A DNA stretch of 64,000 nt. Origin: a plasmid. The stretch is taken from the sequence record NZ_CP014126.2; one strand, given 5' to 3'. Positions 49,442 to 59,800 of this stretch are shown piece by piece. A program made the position numbers and the translations under genes. Position 1 is the stretch's first letter. Each line of letters begins with the position of its first letter. The notes under the pieces are model-generated. The model searched no databases. It saw only the letters and a list, made by a program, of their open reading frames with translations, and was not told the DNA's origin.

Positions 49442-50094
49442 TGGGGCATTTACTACATATAGTAGATATAGCAGCTGGCACAGCCACTACATATAGCGTT
49501 ATCCGCAGAAACAGTAGATAAGCTCGGTTTACCACTGCCCCTTACGCACCAAAATTATGGGCCACATGCAGAAGTCTGAAATTAATCCTCCGGACTCTGC
49601 AGTGTCCCGCTAAAAAAGTGGAGCATCACTGAATAGACAACTTAACTACTTCGGCTGTTCGTTCCTCGCTACGCTGCGGTACGCCTCAACCAAAGTAGTT
49701 AAGTCGTTGCCTCGTTACCTCTCTCATACACGTCCATCAACTTACCATTCTTAATGCTGGTCACAGCAATGTAGGTCCATAAACCAGATTTCAGATCCGC
49801 CATATATTTGATTTTGCTCTGGTGAAAAGTGGAACACTGACATGACATCAGAATTGATTTCATGATGTATTCCTAAGCGACCGATACTAATTGAGGTCAT
49901 TCTGTACTGGATTTAAATGGGACAGATGGGTATCCTTTTCAGAATTCGCCGGATGGCGATCCTTTTAGATCCTCGCCTGAGAATTGTGGAGATTCAATGG
50001 CGGGATGGCAGAAAACCTGTGACCGGACATGCGCGGCGCGGGGAAGAACAAACCGGATGGGACGTATCCGTAAAACGTCCAGGGTGCAGAGCTT

Positions 50095-50185
50095 CAGTTT
50101 CACCGGGCTCTGAATGCAAAAACCCCCTGATTCTTCTCAACTTTGGCGGGCTGGCAAGAAATCAGGGGGTCCAAAAGCAGGCGCT
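50095..50185 (-). ncRNA. copA: CopA-like antisense RNA region of the IncFII-type replicon (two stem-loops; loop contains TTGGCG)
   Basis: Stems cagagc...gctctg and accccctgattcttc...gaagaaatcagggggt seen directly. TTGGCGGG loop as in R1/R100 CopA. Located in the repA leader. Confidence 0.4.
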
Positions 50186-50254
50186 GTGCCTGTAAAGGAT
50201 TATAACGCATGCAATTCATAAGACAACCCCTGTCCGCCATAAGTACTGGACAGG

Positions 50255-51190
50255 GTGAATGACCATATTTTAATCGGGTCAGTTAGCCCGACTTCTGAAA
50301 ATGACAGACGCCGCCGCGGCGATCATGACGTCACCTGCAAATGTCCTGAACCGCAGTGGTTCGCACCTGATGGCTATCGTCCGCTTCCGGGTGAGTTTGG
50401 CCATGCCATGCGCCGTCTGGTCGTCAAAGAGAAAACCAGCGGTAAATGGAAGCTGCGTTTCCGGCCGTCACTCCATCCTTACTTCACGCAGTACCGTAAA
50501 GCTGCAGGCCGCGCTCGACACTTCAGGCCTGAACGACGTGCGCTTATCGATGCGATATTCCCTCTGCTTGTTCAGCGTGCCGACATGGCCACCTGGGTTG
50601 TGACGGTCAATGTCAGCCGGCTGGCCAGTGAGCTCAGTCCGAAAGACAGTGAAGGCAATGCCATCCCTGAAACCCGCGTAGAACCCTGCCGTCTATCGCG
50701 TCTATTCCCGGAACTGGCCCGGTTTGGCCTTATCGAAATGCCTGATCTGGAATGGGACCCGATTGAACAGTACTGGATGCCCCGGCATATCATTCTCACG
50801 GAACGTTTCTGGCAGCTGTGCGGCGTTAACATGGATAAGCTGCTTCTGCAGCGAAATCAGCGCATCGAGGCTGAAGAGGAAGGTATTCTCGAACCCGGTA
50901 CGCGTGACTCCGTCAGGGCAGCCCGTCGGCGCTGGTATGAAAAAGCCCGTATAGCGACGCTGCTGAGTCGGCGCGAGAAGGCAGTACGGGGGAAAAGGCG
51001 CAATAAGCTGGGCAAGCTCCCCCTCGATGAACGGCGCAGCACGATGGCCAGCTGGCTCATTCGCACACGGCCGAACCACGAACTGATCAATCTCGACGCA
51101 GACAGTTTTGATCGCCTGGTGTGGCAGCATCTTAACCAGCTGGAGCTGGGCCTCGGCTACGAGCCTGCACCTCACGACGTAGTTCACTGA
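50255..51190 (+). CDS. repA: IncFII-family replication initiator RepA1-like
   Basis: RRALIDAIFPLL, LSRLFPELARFGLI and WDPIEQYWMPRHII align with R100 RepA1 RRAIDALLQGL, TRALTFLSELGLI and YDPLIGCYIPTDI. Confidence 0.7.
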   Translation: MNDHILIGSVSPTSENDRRRRGDHDVTCKCPEPQWFAPDGYRPLPGEFGHAMRRLVVKEKTSGKWKLRFRPSLHPYFTQYRKAAGRARHFRPERRALIDAIFPLLVQRADMATWVVTVNVSRLASELSPKDSEGNAIPETRVEPCRLSRLFPELARFGLIEMPDLEWDPIEQYWMPRHIILTERFWQLCGVNMDKLLLQRNQRIEAEEEGILEPGTRDSVRAARRRWYEKARIATLLSRREKAVRGKRRNKLGKLPLDERRSTMASWLIRTRPNHELINLDADSFDRLVWQHLNQLELGLGYEPAPHDVVH

Positions 51191-51199
51191 CGTTTCCCG

Positions 51200-51460
51200 C
51201 ACGATTTTAACCGCCTTAACTGGCGGTAAAGTCGTTTGTGCCGCGTAACTGACACACTGTTTTTCTCCCCGCAGCCGCGCCATTCCGACCCCGCAACTGA
51301 CATAAATACAGCTTTTTCGGGGGCTGTCTTTTTTTACTCACATTTACCCGCAATTGGAAAGTTGACCTTACCTGCAAGTGAGTCTGATGTTACCCGCAAG
51401 ACATTCCTGACCTTCGGTCAGTAAAGAAATAATCAAAAGGAAAATAAGGTTTTCAGTCCG
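51200..51460 (+). other. probable oriV of the IncFII-like replicon (AT-rich segment downstream of repA)
   Basis: Position relative to repA and AT-rich tracts. No specific motif verified. Confidence 0.3.
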
Positions 51461-52349
51461 GCCATTCTGAGAATAGATAAGGCCTTCGCTTGCAGCGGCC
51501 GCAGGCGTCCGCGCCGCTCAGAATCTGAAGTAGCTCCCGCCTGCGGCGGGCATGGTGAAAACTCATTAGTTACAACACTCATAATTACGATATAAGGACA
51601 CTTCAGAGCCGTCCTGAAGCCTCCAGCCCATCTCCAGCAAGACCGAGCCGTCCTGAAACTCCGAGTGCCCATTAACAGGCCGCCCCCGCCCGGCCCTTCG
51701 GGCCGGAACAGGAGTGGCTGTGATGGATGGTGTAACTAATCCTCTAAGCTTTACTGTTCATAGTGAACAGTAAAGCCAAGACCCCGGAAATCGCGCCCTG
51801 TACGTCGCTCTGCGCCGTCCAGCCCGCTCACCGGGGCTTCGGGATTAGATAAACGTTATCGTCGCTTTAAGGCCGTCTCGCTTAGCAGGAAGGGGTTGGT
51901 TAGCGCCATATATCAAGCCGTAACCGGCTGCGCCGGGCGTACGGCGCCGTCTGACCACTGTACCCTGCGCTGACATCATCTGGCGCCTCCATGCCGCTTA
52001 GCGGCATACAAAGCGTTATACTCAGCTCTGGAGGTGCCAATATGTCTTACAATCTGGCCAGCAAAGAAAAGAGTGAAAGAGAAAGAGTCAGCGTTGACCT
52101 TGCAGCTGCTGGAGTAGCTTACAAAGAACGGCTTAATATGCCGGTGATCCCGCATGAGGTTGAACTGCAGCAGCCAGCGGCGCTGCGTGAATATTTCCGT
52201 GAAAGAGTTGTGCATTACCGGCAGCAATCAGAGTTACTGCCTAAAGGCACTGATGCTGTCTATCAGAAGGAAGCCAAAGAGTAGCGCCGTAAATACACTA
52301 TGAAGGGTAACCACCCTGCGTTTCAGGACTATCCACTATACCGGGGGAT

Positions 52350-53237
52350 TCAGAGTTTGTTATTCCGTTTGAGGATATTGAGCACATAGTCGCTCCCCTC
52401 TTTATCAACGGAGTATTCGAGAAAACCGATATCCTTCAGCTGCTGGAGAGCCTTCTTCACAGTAGCATTCTGGTTACCCAGGTGTGATGTAAGCTGAAGC
52501 CGCTCACGCAGCCGGTCAAACCCAATCCGATAAAAGGTTGGCGGTAACTCAGCCAGGTAAAGATAGAGTGCCTGTGCAGACTCTTTTCGGGAAAGCTTCT
52601 GGAGTGCTTTAAGATACAACCTGGTTTTACCATCTACCCGGTACAGTGTATTAAGCTTAGAGTTTGGCTTGATGATGATTTTGCCGGTATGGCTGTCGTA
52701 GTAAGTCGATTCAACAAGGTGCATGTTGATGGTGATACGATCGTCTGTACCGGGTACGCTCTTCACGAAGCTTATATTGGTCCGGGCTATTCGGGTAAGA
52801 GACGCATCAAACCTGTCCTTCAATTGCCTGTCGATGCGCTTTGTTTCGAAACCGCAGTATTTTGCGAAATCAGCAAAGTTGAGCTCCAGCTGATCGTCGT
52901 TATCGAGCTTTTTATTCGATAACGCATAGATAATACCTACCCAGACTTTGAAATCGGTATCCATGTCGAGACGCGGACCGTAAATCTGAATCTGGTTGTA
53001 ACCCTCACCCTCTACAATGGACAGGCGTGACAGTGACTCTGTTGCATCGATACTGTGACTTTTCCTGCCGCCCTTATCCGTTGATTTAAGCGTGGGCACA
53101 AAGACGCCCAGTCGCAGCAGAACTTTAGGTTGTATTGTCTGACGCAGAGTGGGAAGAAGGTGAATAACTTCACCTGATTCTTTGGATGTTTCCTCGATAA
53201 TGAGTGATAACTTATTGTTTTCCATTAACAATTCCAA
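52350..53237 (-). CDS. Iteron-type replication initiator (Rep_3 family, RepFIB/pSC101-like)
   Basis: 295 aa. Flanked by iterons. Typical winged-helix Rep_3 features (from memory). Confidence 0.65.
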   Translation of the reverse strand: MELLMENNKLSLIIEETSKESGEVIHLLPTLRQTIQPKVLLRLGVFVPTLKSTDKGGRKSHSIDATESLSRLSIVEGEGYNQIQIYGPRLDMDTDFKVWVGIIYALSNKKLDNDDQLELNFADFAKYCGFETKRIDRQLKDRFDASLTRIARTNISFVKSVPGTDDRITINMHLVESTYYDSHTGKIIIKPNSKLNTLYRVDGKTRLYLKALQKLSRKESAQALYLYLAELPPTFYRIGFDRLRERLQLTSHLGNQNATVKKALQQLKDIGFLEYSVDKEGSDYVLNILKRNNKL

Positions 53238-53244
53238 ATATCAT

Positions 53245-53420
53245 AGTGAGTGTATAAGAACGGTATAGTACCCGGTGCAGTGGATCAAATCTACCCGCTA
53301 TAGTGTAGTTTGAACCCTGTATAGTGGATATCACACCCTTTACAGTGGATGGATGTACCCGGTGCAGTGTATTGGATCAGGCTGTAATCGTTGATATCAA
53401 AGGTCTCAGGGCAATCTTAT
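53245..53420. repeat. Iterons of the Rep_3 replicon (direct repeats of about TACAGTGGAT/TATAGTG/GGTGCAGTG)
   Basis: cggtgcagtggat, ctatagtgtag, gtatagtggata, ttacagtggatgg and ccggtgcagtgta seen directly. A further copy (tccactatacc) lies at about 52330. Confidence 0.65.
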
Positions 53421-53549
53421 TCCTTATTGATCTACTACTGATCCTCTAATGATCCTTTTATTTAAACTATCCAGTGGATAAAACTGTTGGTAAGCACCGA
53501 TAGTTCTGTCATCAAGTTAGGAGCCAATACACGAAACCAAAGCGCATAT

Positions 53550-53753
53550 CTATTTAACAAACCTCCATACATATCCCGGTACGCGATCAAAAAGTTTCCC
53601 TGCTGCAAACTCAGCTTTTCGATGATCATAAGCCTGCGTCATGGCATAACCTTCATCGTCGTTAACTTTGTAGCTAAGATGTTCGTAAACAGTCTCAAGG
53701 GTTGCAAGCGTATGACAACGCCTGAATTTCATAAGCCAGTCTGTTTTCGTCAT
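53550..53753 (-). CDS. hha: Hha/YmoA-family H-NS co-modulator
   Basis: TKTDWLMKFRRCHTLATLETVYEH........KLFDRVPGYVWRFVK matches Hha [24 protein letters not shown]....KLYDKIPSSVWKFIR. Confidence 0.8.
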   Translation of the reverse strand: MTKTDWLMKFRRCHTLATLETVYEHLSYKVNDDEGYAMTQAYDHRKAEFAAGKLFDRVPGYVWRFVK

Positions 53754-53884
53754 ATCTTTCCTGTTAATTGTAGAATGAAATTAATTGATAATATCCATAG
53801 TAGACATTAGCCGATTGATGGATTATTTTTTTGTTTTGTTATGCCTGAAACAAAAAATGGCAGCACGAATAGGATATAGTTATT

Positions 53885-54451
53885 GTGATTCATATAAAAG
53901 ATAACTCTCTCTATATAAGGTTACAAACTTTGAAAAAATTAAAAAAGTGCTGTCTGCTTTCTTTGGCTTTACCTTTCTTTTCTCACGCTGACGCTGATAT
54001 CAATGCTGGGTTTTCACCAGGGGGAACAGCCCAAGATTTGATCCTCAACTTCATCCACTCAGCTGCCGGTTCTGTCGATGTGGCGGCGTACGACTTCACC
54101 AGCGAACCGGTTGCAGAAGCGCTCAGTCAGTTGGCTCAGAGTGGAGTACGCGTAAGAATTGTTGCAGATGAGAAAAAAAGTCACGACCGCTGGTCACTGG
54201 TTAACAAGCTGGCCTGTTCAGGTATTCAGGTCAGAACAGATGAGCAGTACAGTATTATGCATAACAAATTTATTGTGACTGGAAATAACGGCGTGCAAAC
54301 GGGATCGTTTAATTACACCTCATCGGCTGAAAAACGTAATGCTGAGAATGCCCTGGTTATCCGAGGCAATTCATTCCTGAGTCAGCAGTATCAGAATGAA
54401 TTTAACCGCCTTTGGGCAGAGTCATCGCCCGTACAGTGCAACTATTCATGA
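53885..54451 (+). CDS. nuc: Phospholipase-D-family endonuclease (Nuc-like), secreted
   Basis: HNKFIV (HxK of the HKD motif). Signal peptide. Size about Nuc of pKM101. A TTG start near 53929 is possible. Confidence 0.65.
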   Translation: MIHIKDNSLYIRLQTLKKLKKCCLLSLALPFFSHADADINAGFSPGGTAQDLILNFIHSAAGSVDVAAYDFTSEPVAEALSQLAQSGVRVRIVADEKKSHDRWSLVNKLACSGIQVRTDEQYSIMHNKFIVTGNNGVQTGSFNYTSSAEKRNAENALVIRGNSFLSQQYQNEFNRLWAESSPVQCNYS

Positions 54452-54488
54452 TCGACAGGCGAAATATAATCTGCTGGGCGGACTGTAT

Positions 54489-55793
54489 ATGACAAAGAAA
54501 AAAGTTTATCCGGTTCACTTCACTGGTCAGCGGGGCCAGCAGGAGGCGTCTGAGGCTTTCCAGCAGAATGAAACATCCACCTGGCAGCGCTGGCTCAAAC
54601 ACTCCCGGGATAATAAAAAAACTACAGTGGTGACCTGTAGATGTCTGCCGGCAGAACACGATCCGGTCAGGAGACGGCTGAAGGTTCACTACTCCCGGGA
54701 TACCGAACGCTGCTGGCTATCTTCATACGCCTTCACGGGTAATGAGCATAAACCTGACTGCCGGTTTTATTCGGTGTGGTCTGATGAACGTCAGGCAGAG
54801 ATTTATCAGGGAGAAGCGGTCCGTGCTGCAGCGGATGGCACCATTGTGGTCAGACTGCCCACGGGCCTCCAGAAAAAGGCACCTTCTGATGTAAAACCGG
54901 CTGAAAACGCCTCAGATGACGAACCGGTGAAACGTAAACGACGGCCATCGATGAGCCTGCTGGGGCTTCTGCACCTGTTGTGGGAGCAATCTGGTATTAA
55001 TGTCTGGCACCCCGCTTTCGATAAAAAGAAACGTACCCCTGGCTGGGTGAGCTGGCACCTACAGCAGATTGCGGCCCGGATTCGTATTGGTCGCGTGCCA
55101 CTGGAAGAATCCCTGCTGCTCATGGCCATGAAAGATACGCCGCAGGTTATCGCTAACCGGGAACACCTGAGAGCGGCCGAAAAGAACAAAAGGCGACTCA
55201 TCGTCGTTTCTGTGCTGGCTGGCTGGAGTGAAGCCGGTGAAGTACGGCTGAAGACTATGCTGCCGCTGGGGCTGTTTTCTGGCTTTCCTGATCTGATTCT
55301 GCCTGAAGACGTTCGTCACCGCCTGGAGTGTAGTTTTAGCCGCGAGCTCGGCGACTGGCGCAGGGGAATGAAAGTCGTGATTATCGCTGAAACAGAGCCG
55401 CCGGAAACATCGTTCAGGAAAATAGACGGCCGTAGCCGACCGTCCAACTGCAGTACCGTGATCGATGTAGCGCTGATGACGGTCAGCCCACGCTTTATTC
55501 CGCTGGATTCAGGCTATGAGGGGGCTGTGGAAGAAAAACTGTGGCAGGAAAAACGCGCCTTTATCAAGCCCCTGCGCTACGACGGTGAAGAAGATGTGTT
55601 TCCGGATTTTGTGCTCAAAGACGTTCCTGGCGTGGATGCGCTTCCGATGGAAGTGTTCGGCATGAACTCGCCAGAGTACCTGCTGCGCAGGCAGGTAAAA
55701 ACTTCCCACTATGAGGCGGAATATGGGCCCGGGCGTTGGTGGTACTGGGATGCTGCTGCGAAGTCAGACATGCCTGCATTTCCCTGCGTCTGA
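54489..55793 (+). CDS. hypothetical basic protein (434 aa; possibly DUF1173-like, unverified)
   Basis: ORF with RBS. Cys cluster CRC....C..Y. No catalytic motif recognised. Confidence 0.4.
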   Translation: MTKKKVYPVHFTGQRGQQEASEAFQQNETSTWQRWLKHSRDNKKTTVVTCRCLPAEHDPVRRRLKVHYSRDTERCWLSSYAFTGNEHKPDCRFYSVWSDERQAEIYQGEAVRAAADGTIVVRLPTGLQKKAPSDVKPAENASDDEPVKRKRRPSMSLLGLLHLLWEQSGINVWHPAFDKKKRTPGWVSWHLQQIAARIRIGRVPLEESLLLMAMKDTPQVIANREHLRAAEKNKRRLIVVSVLAGWSEAGEVRLKTMLPLGLFSGFPDLILPEDVRHRLECSFSRELGDWRRGMKVVIIAETEPPETSFRKIDGRSRPSNCSTVIDVALMTVSPRFIPLDSGYEGAVEEKLWQEKRAFIKPLRYDGEEDVFPDFVLKDVPGVDALPMEVFGMNSPEYLLRRQVKTSHYEAEYGPGRWWYWDAAAKSDMPAFPCV

Positions 55794-55916
55794 CACAGGT
55801 GTCTTTTAACTGCAGGGAGATATGGCTGAAGTACCGTATCTGTTTATCCTGTGCCTGACAGGTTGTCAGGCCTGAACGCGGAAGGTATTGTTTAATAAGA
55901 AGCGTCAGGACGATAA

Positions 55917-56402
55917 ATGAAGCTGAACCTGCAGGAGCTGGCAGTGGACACGACTGAAGAACTCAATAACACCTATTTCTATGCAGGCAGACCCAACCTT
56001 ACCGCTGGTGAGCTCTTTTTCATGGTTTTCTGTGAACAAGTCGCCGAACAGCTGGGGATTGATGACTTCGGCGCGATCGTGGCCATCCTGTCCGGACGTA
56101 ATGTCCTGACTACCCGCACCAAACCGCGCGATGCTCTGAAGGGAACCTCCTATGCCTCACGGGCAGCGCGCAGAGTATTTCCGAAAGCCAAATTTCCCTT
56201 CGGCATAAAGCTCCCCACCATCGTAGGGGGATACCCGCCCCGGACCGCCCGTATTCTTTTTACGCATAAGCTCAGCACCTTTGTCGGACGGGCGATACCC
56301 GTCGTGGGCTGGGTGATTCTGGCCAGAGACGTTGCCGATATCAGTTTCAATTCGGTCCGACTGTACAATGCCATCGCCCGCGGGGAGGATAAGATATGGT
56401 AG
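55917..56402 (+). CDS. hypothetical protein (161 aa)
   Basis: ORF. Overlaps the next gene by 7 nt. Confidence 0.4.
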   Translation: MKLNLQELAVDTTEELNNTYFYAGRPNLTAGELFFMVFCEQVAEQLGIDDFGAIVAILSGRNVLTTRTKPRDALKGTSYASRAARRVFPKAKFPFGIKLPTIVGGYPPRTARILFTHKLSTFVGRAIPVVGWVILARDVADISFNSVRLYNAIARGEDKIW

Positions 56403-56689
56403 ATGACACCCAGGCACGCGTAATGGCACTCATTGAGCCGTGGAACGGCCGCTCCCTGCTGACGTTCCGGAAAAAAACACTCACGCCAGAGATGTCGCTC
56501 AATCTGGACATGAAGCTGGACCCGGAGGATGCTGCGGAATGCCTTCAGAACGTCTTCGATGAGTTTGGAATGGATTCTGATGAAGTAGCATTCAGCCGCT
56601 ATTATCCAAAAAGCCCGCGCGAGGCGATCCCTCTTACTATCGGGATGCTGATTGAGTCAGCCCGTGCCAGACGATGGTGCTATGACTGA
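56396..56689 (+). CDS. hypothetical acidic protein (97 aa; DUF1493-like, unverified)
   Basis: Coupled to the upstream ORF. Confidence 0.4.
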   Translation: MVDDTQARVMALIEPWNGRSLLTFRKKTLTPEMSLNLDMKLDPEDAAECLQNVFDEFGMDSDEVAFSRYYPKSPREAIPLTIGMLIESARARRWCYD

Positions 56690-56810
56690 TGACCAGGCCG
56701 CCGGAGACAGTTATCAGCGTTCAGGCGTTCAAATTTTGATTCCGCACCTTTTATCTACACTTAGATAGATTTTTTATTGAAACGTAAGGCTGATAATTCA
56801 TAAGGAAGAT

Positions 56811-59800
56811 ATGTTCAGTAAAATATTAGGCGGTGTCCGTCATGAATCGGACCGGTTTATAAAAAAAAATATAAAATCAAAAGAGTCTTACGGGAAACTT
56901 AAATGGAATTTTATTGAAAAAATAATTGTCTCCAGTTCAAAATATCCGGGCAGGGCCATCGGGAGTCTACTTTTATTTTTTTCCTGTCTCTTTACGGGGA
57001 TGCAGTTTTTACGCCCTCATATTCAGCCTGTAGCGACAAAGTGGTTACCTCACTGGGATAAAATTTTTGACTGGCAGACAACTCTGTTAGGGGGGCAGCT
57101 TACCATCATTGGGGTGGTCTACCCTCTTGTTGTCGGGCTCATAAGCATCATTTTTCAAAAGAAGTCTGCCAGAAAAATAGTGCAGGCAGCCTATCAGTCA
57201 TACTCAGGGTTCATGCTGGCCGGGCTGAGCGGTCTGGTTCTTTCAGGGTTTATCCTGTTAGGTATTTTCATCAGAACGTTTTGCAGTAATTACAGCTATG
57301 CTCTCCTATGTGCTATCTGCGTCATCTGGATGATGATTAACATCGCTCTCTCCGTCTGGTTTTTTATAAAAAGTCTGAGTGTACTGAATGACGTCGAGCG
57401 TGACCGCATGGTTTTGCGCTTTCTAACCGCTGACGTTCTTACTGTTATCCTTAAAAAGAGGGTGTCAGATATTTTCAGTGCTGCACCCTTGGCCAGAAAA
57501 TTGATAGTCGCCAGTAAATATCCTCACATTTCTATTGAGGACTATTCATTTGATAGTGATTTTACGGTAATTACAAAAAAAGTTACCCGCAACGAGGTTG
57601 TGACAGATATATATTTGATCCCGCTGAAAATGGTTTTTTTCTTCATTAATAGGTTAAAAGGAAGAGAAAGAAATCGTTTATCATTCACATTTTACCATCC
57701 TCTTGAAGTTAATAATTCAGCAGGACATGTTCCCCTGTTTAAGGTCCGGGGACTGTCACCAGATTCATTCTCTGTATATCTGATGAAGCTTTGTTTTAAA
57801 ACCGGCAGGCCTTCGAAAGACACGGTCGACAATCTCTGGATTATCAGGGGGATGCTCGGTGAAGCCGTTGACGCACTCGCCGCAGGAGATATCTACGCTT
57901 TTGAAGAAGCGCTGGACAGCACATGTCGTGATTTCACTGCTATCGCTGATGTGTTCAGCTTCAGCAACGAGCTTGAGGCTGGCAACCTGTTGCTTATTAA
58001 AAATGATGCCTTGTGGGAGCAGAGCTTTAGCCAAATGTTCTACGGGGAAATCTATCGTCTCAACTCACAGGCTGTGCTACGGATGGGACTTTCCGGGAGG
58101 TTCTTCAGCAGGTGCATGCAACTGCCTCGTATGTTGTTTGAATACAGGGCAGAGAGCACGTTTGAGGAAGTCCGTCTTGGAATGACCTATAGCATTTACG
58201 CTTGGGAGACGCTGATGAGTTGGGGGAAACTTCATGTCAGTAAAGTAGATCCCACACTGCGACAGACGTACGATGAACTGGTCATGGAGTTTGTAGCTTT
58301 ATGGGAAGGCTGGTCAGACAGTCTGCAGTACAAAACAGAGAAAACCGCAAGTCCCGTTCTTTACCGTGAAAGCAGACTGGAGCATCTCCGGCTGATGCCA
58401 GATATTCTGATGCATGCTGTCATCACAGGAGATTATGAAACGGTTCGTCACGCTGTAGATGTTTTCAACCGCTGGCTTAACAATACGGTCAAAGAGGGCG
58501 GATACAGCGGCCTGCTTATGTGGCAGGAATTTTTCATTACGCCGGCTATTTTCAAAGGAGACGAACCTTTTAACCGTAATCACCTTTCAGGCATGCAGAC
58601 CATTAATTCTGAAGAATTGCCTGAGCTTGCGTTCACGAACGCGCTGACTGATATCAGACTTTGCACATCCGCATTTCTTCTAAATCAAGAGCGTAAACTT
58701 AACGCTGATATACTTCGTTTTTCAGTAGACACCCTGCTCAGCGGTAGCCTCGTCATCGAGACTGGTGGTTATGAACGGGTTTCAATGGCGCTTACCAAAT
58801 CATCTGATGTAATCGACGTGCTTATCCGGATTCTTGCCTGGGGCCGAAAAAGCCTGAATCCTGCGAGCGGGTGGCTGAGCGGGCTGATCCGGCATTTGTC
58901 ATCACAACACGGTGAAAGAATGATAAGCGGGCGGGTTTACAGTGGTAACCGGCTCTCCGGAATTCCAGACCTGCACAGAGAGTTTGCTGAACTGATCATG
59001 ATGACCAGCTTGGCCACTGGTGAGTCGGTATCTGAACGTTTCAAATGCTGCTTGGCTGCCGGCCTGTTAAGTTATGACGTAAAAGAACGATTGTCAGGCA
59101 GTCTTCGACAAATTCTGGATTCAGTCGAAAAAATCACGCAATTGAGAATTGAGAACGGTAAGGATTTTAATGTCTGTAAAAGTGCGACTGGCGCTCTGCT
59201 TAGCGAATATCTTGAACTCTTAACCAAGAGTATGGAGCAGGATGTGCTGTCACTTCCTGTCAGTACGGAAAAAATTGATGCGCTGAGCAGAAAGGTATCT
59301 GACATGCTCAGAGATAAGCTCCCTAATATCTTTCCCTTTAATCTGTTTGGCGAGCTGGCCTATCATCAGGAACTTGAAAATGCAGGTATTCTTCCGTGTC
59401 TGTTTGTGGCTGATAAAGTTTATTACTCTGAAGGGATTAGCAAAGCTGTATTCAACATGGGCTCTTTTTTGTACAGTAGTATTTCTGGTCGACTGCAAGC
59501 ACAGATACTTGGCTGGCTGGGATGTGAAAAAGCCATAAGAGAAATAGGTGCGGCAAGCTTACGTGAAGTTATAGATATTGTCTCAAAGCTTCCCGATACA
59601 GAAGATGGTGATTGTCTTATTGTCTGCAATCAAGCCATGAATGAGGAACTATCTTCCATGCGAAGCGATTTATTACGCAGGGATGACGATAAATCACTAC
59701 TGTATTATGGGGCAGATCACTCACTTAAAATCCGCGGTGTACATAGAGATTATTCATTACTGAGTTTCAGTTTTTATAAAAAAGCTGATCCTTTTATCGT

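Noticed and set aside
49917-50195. 92-aa ORF upstream of repA
   Set aside because: It overlaps the CopA-like stem-loops and repA leader. It is more likely a regulatory RNA region or short leader peptide than a 92-aa protein.
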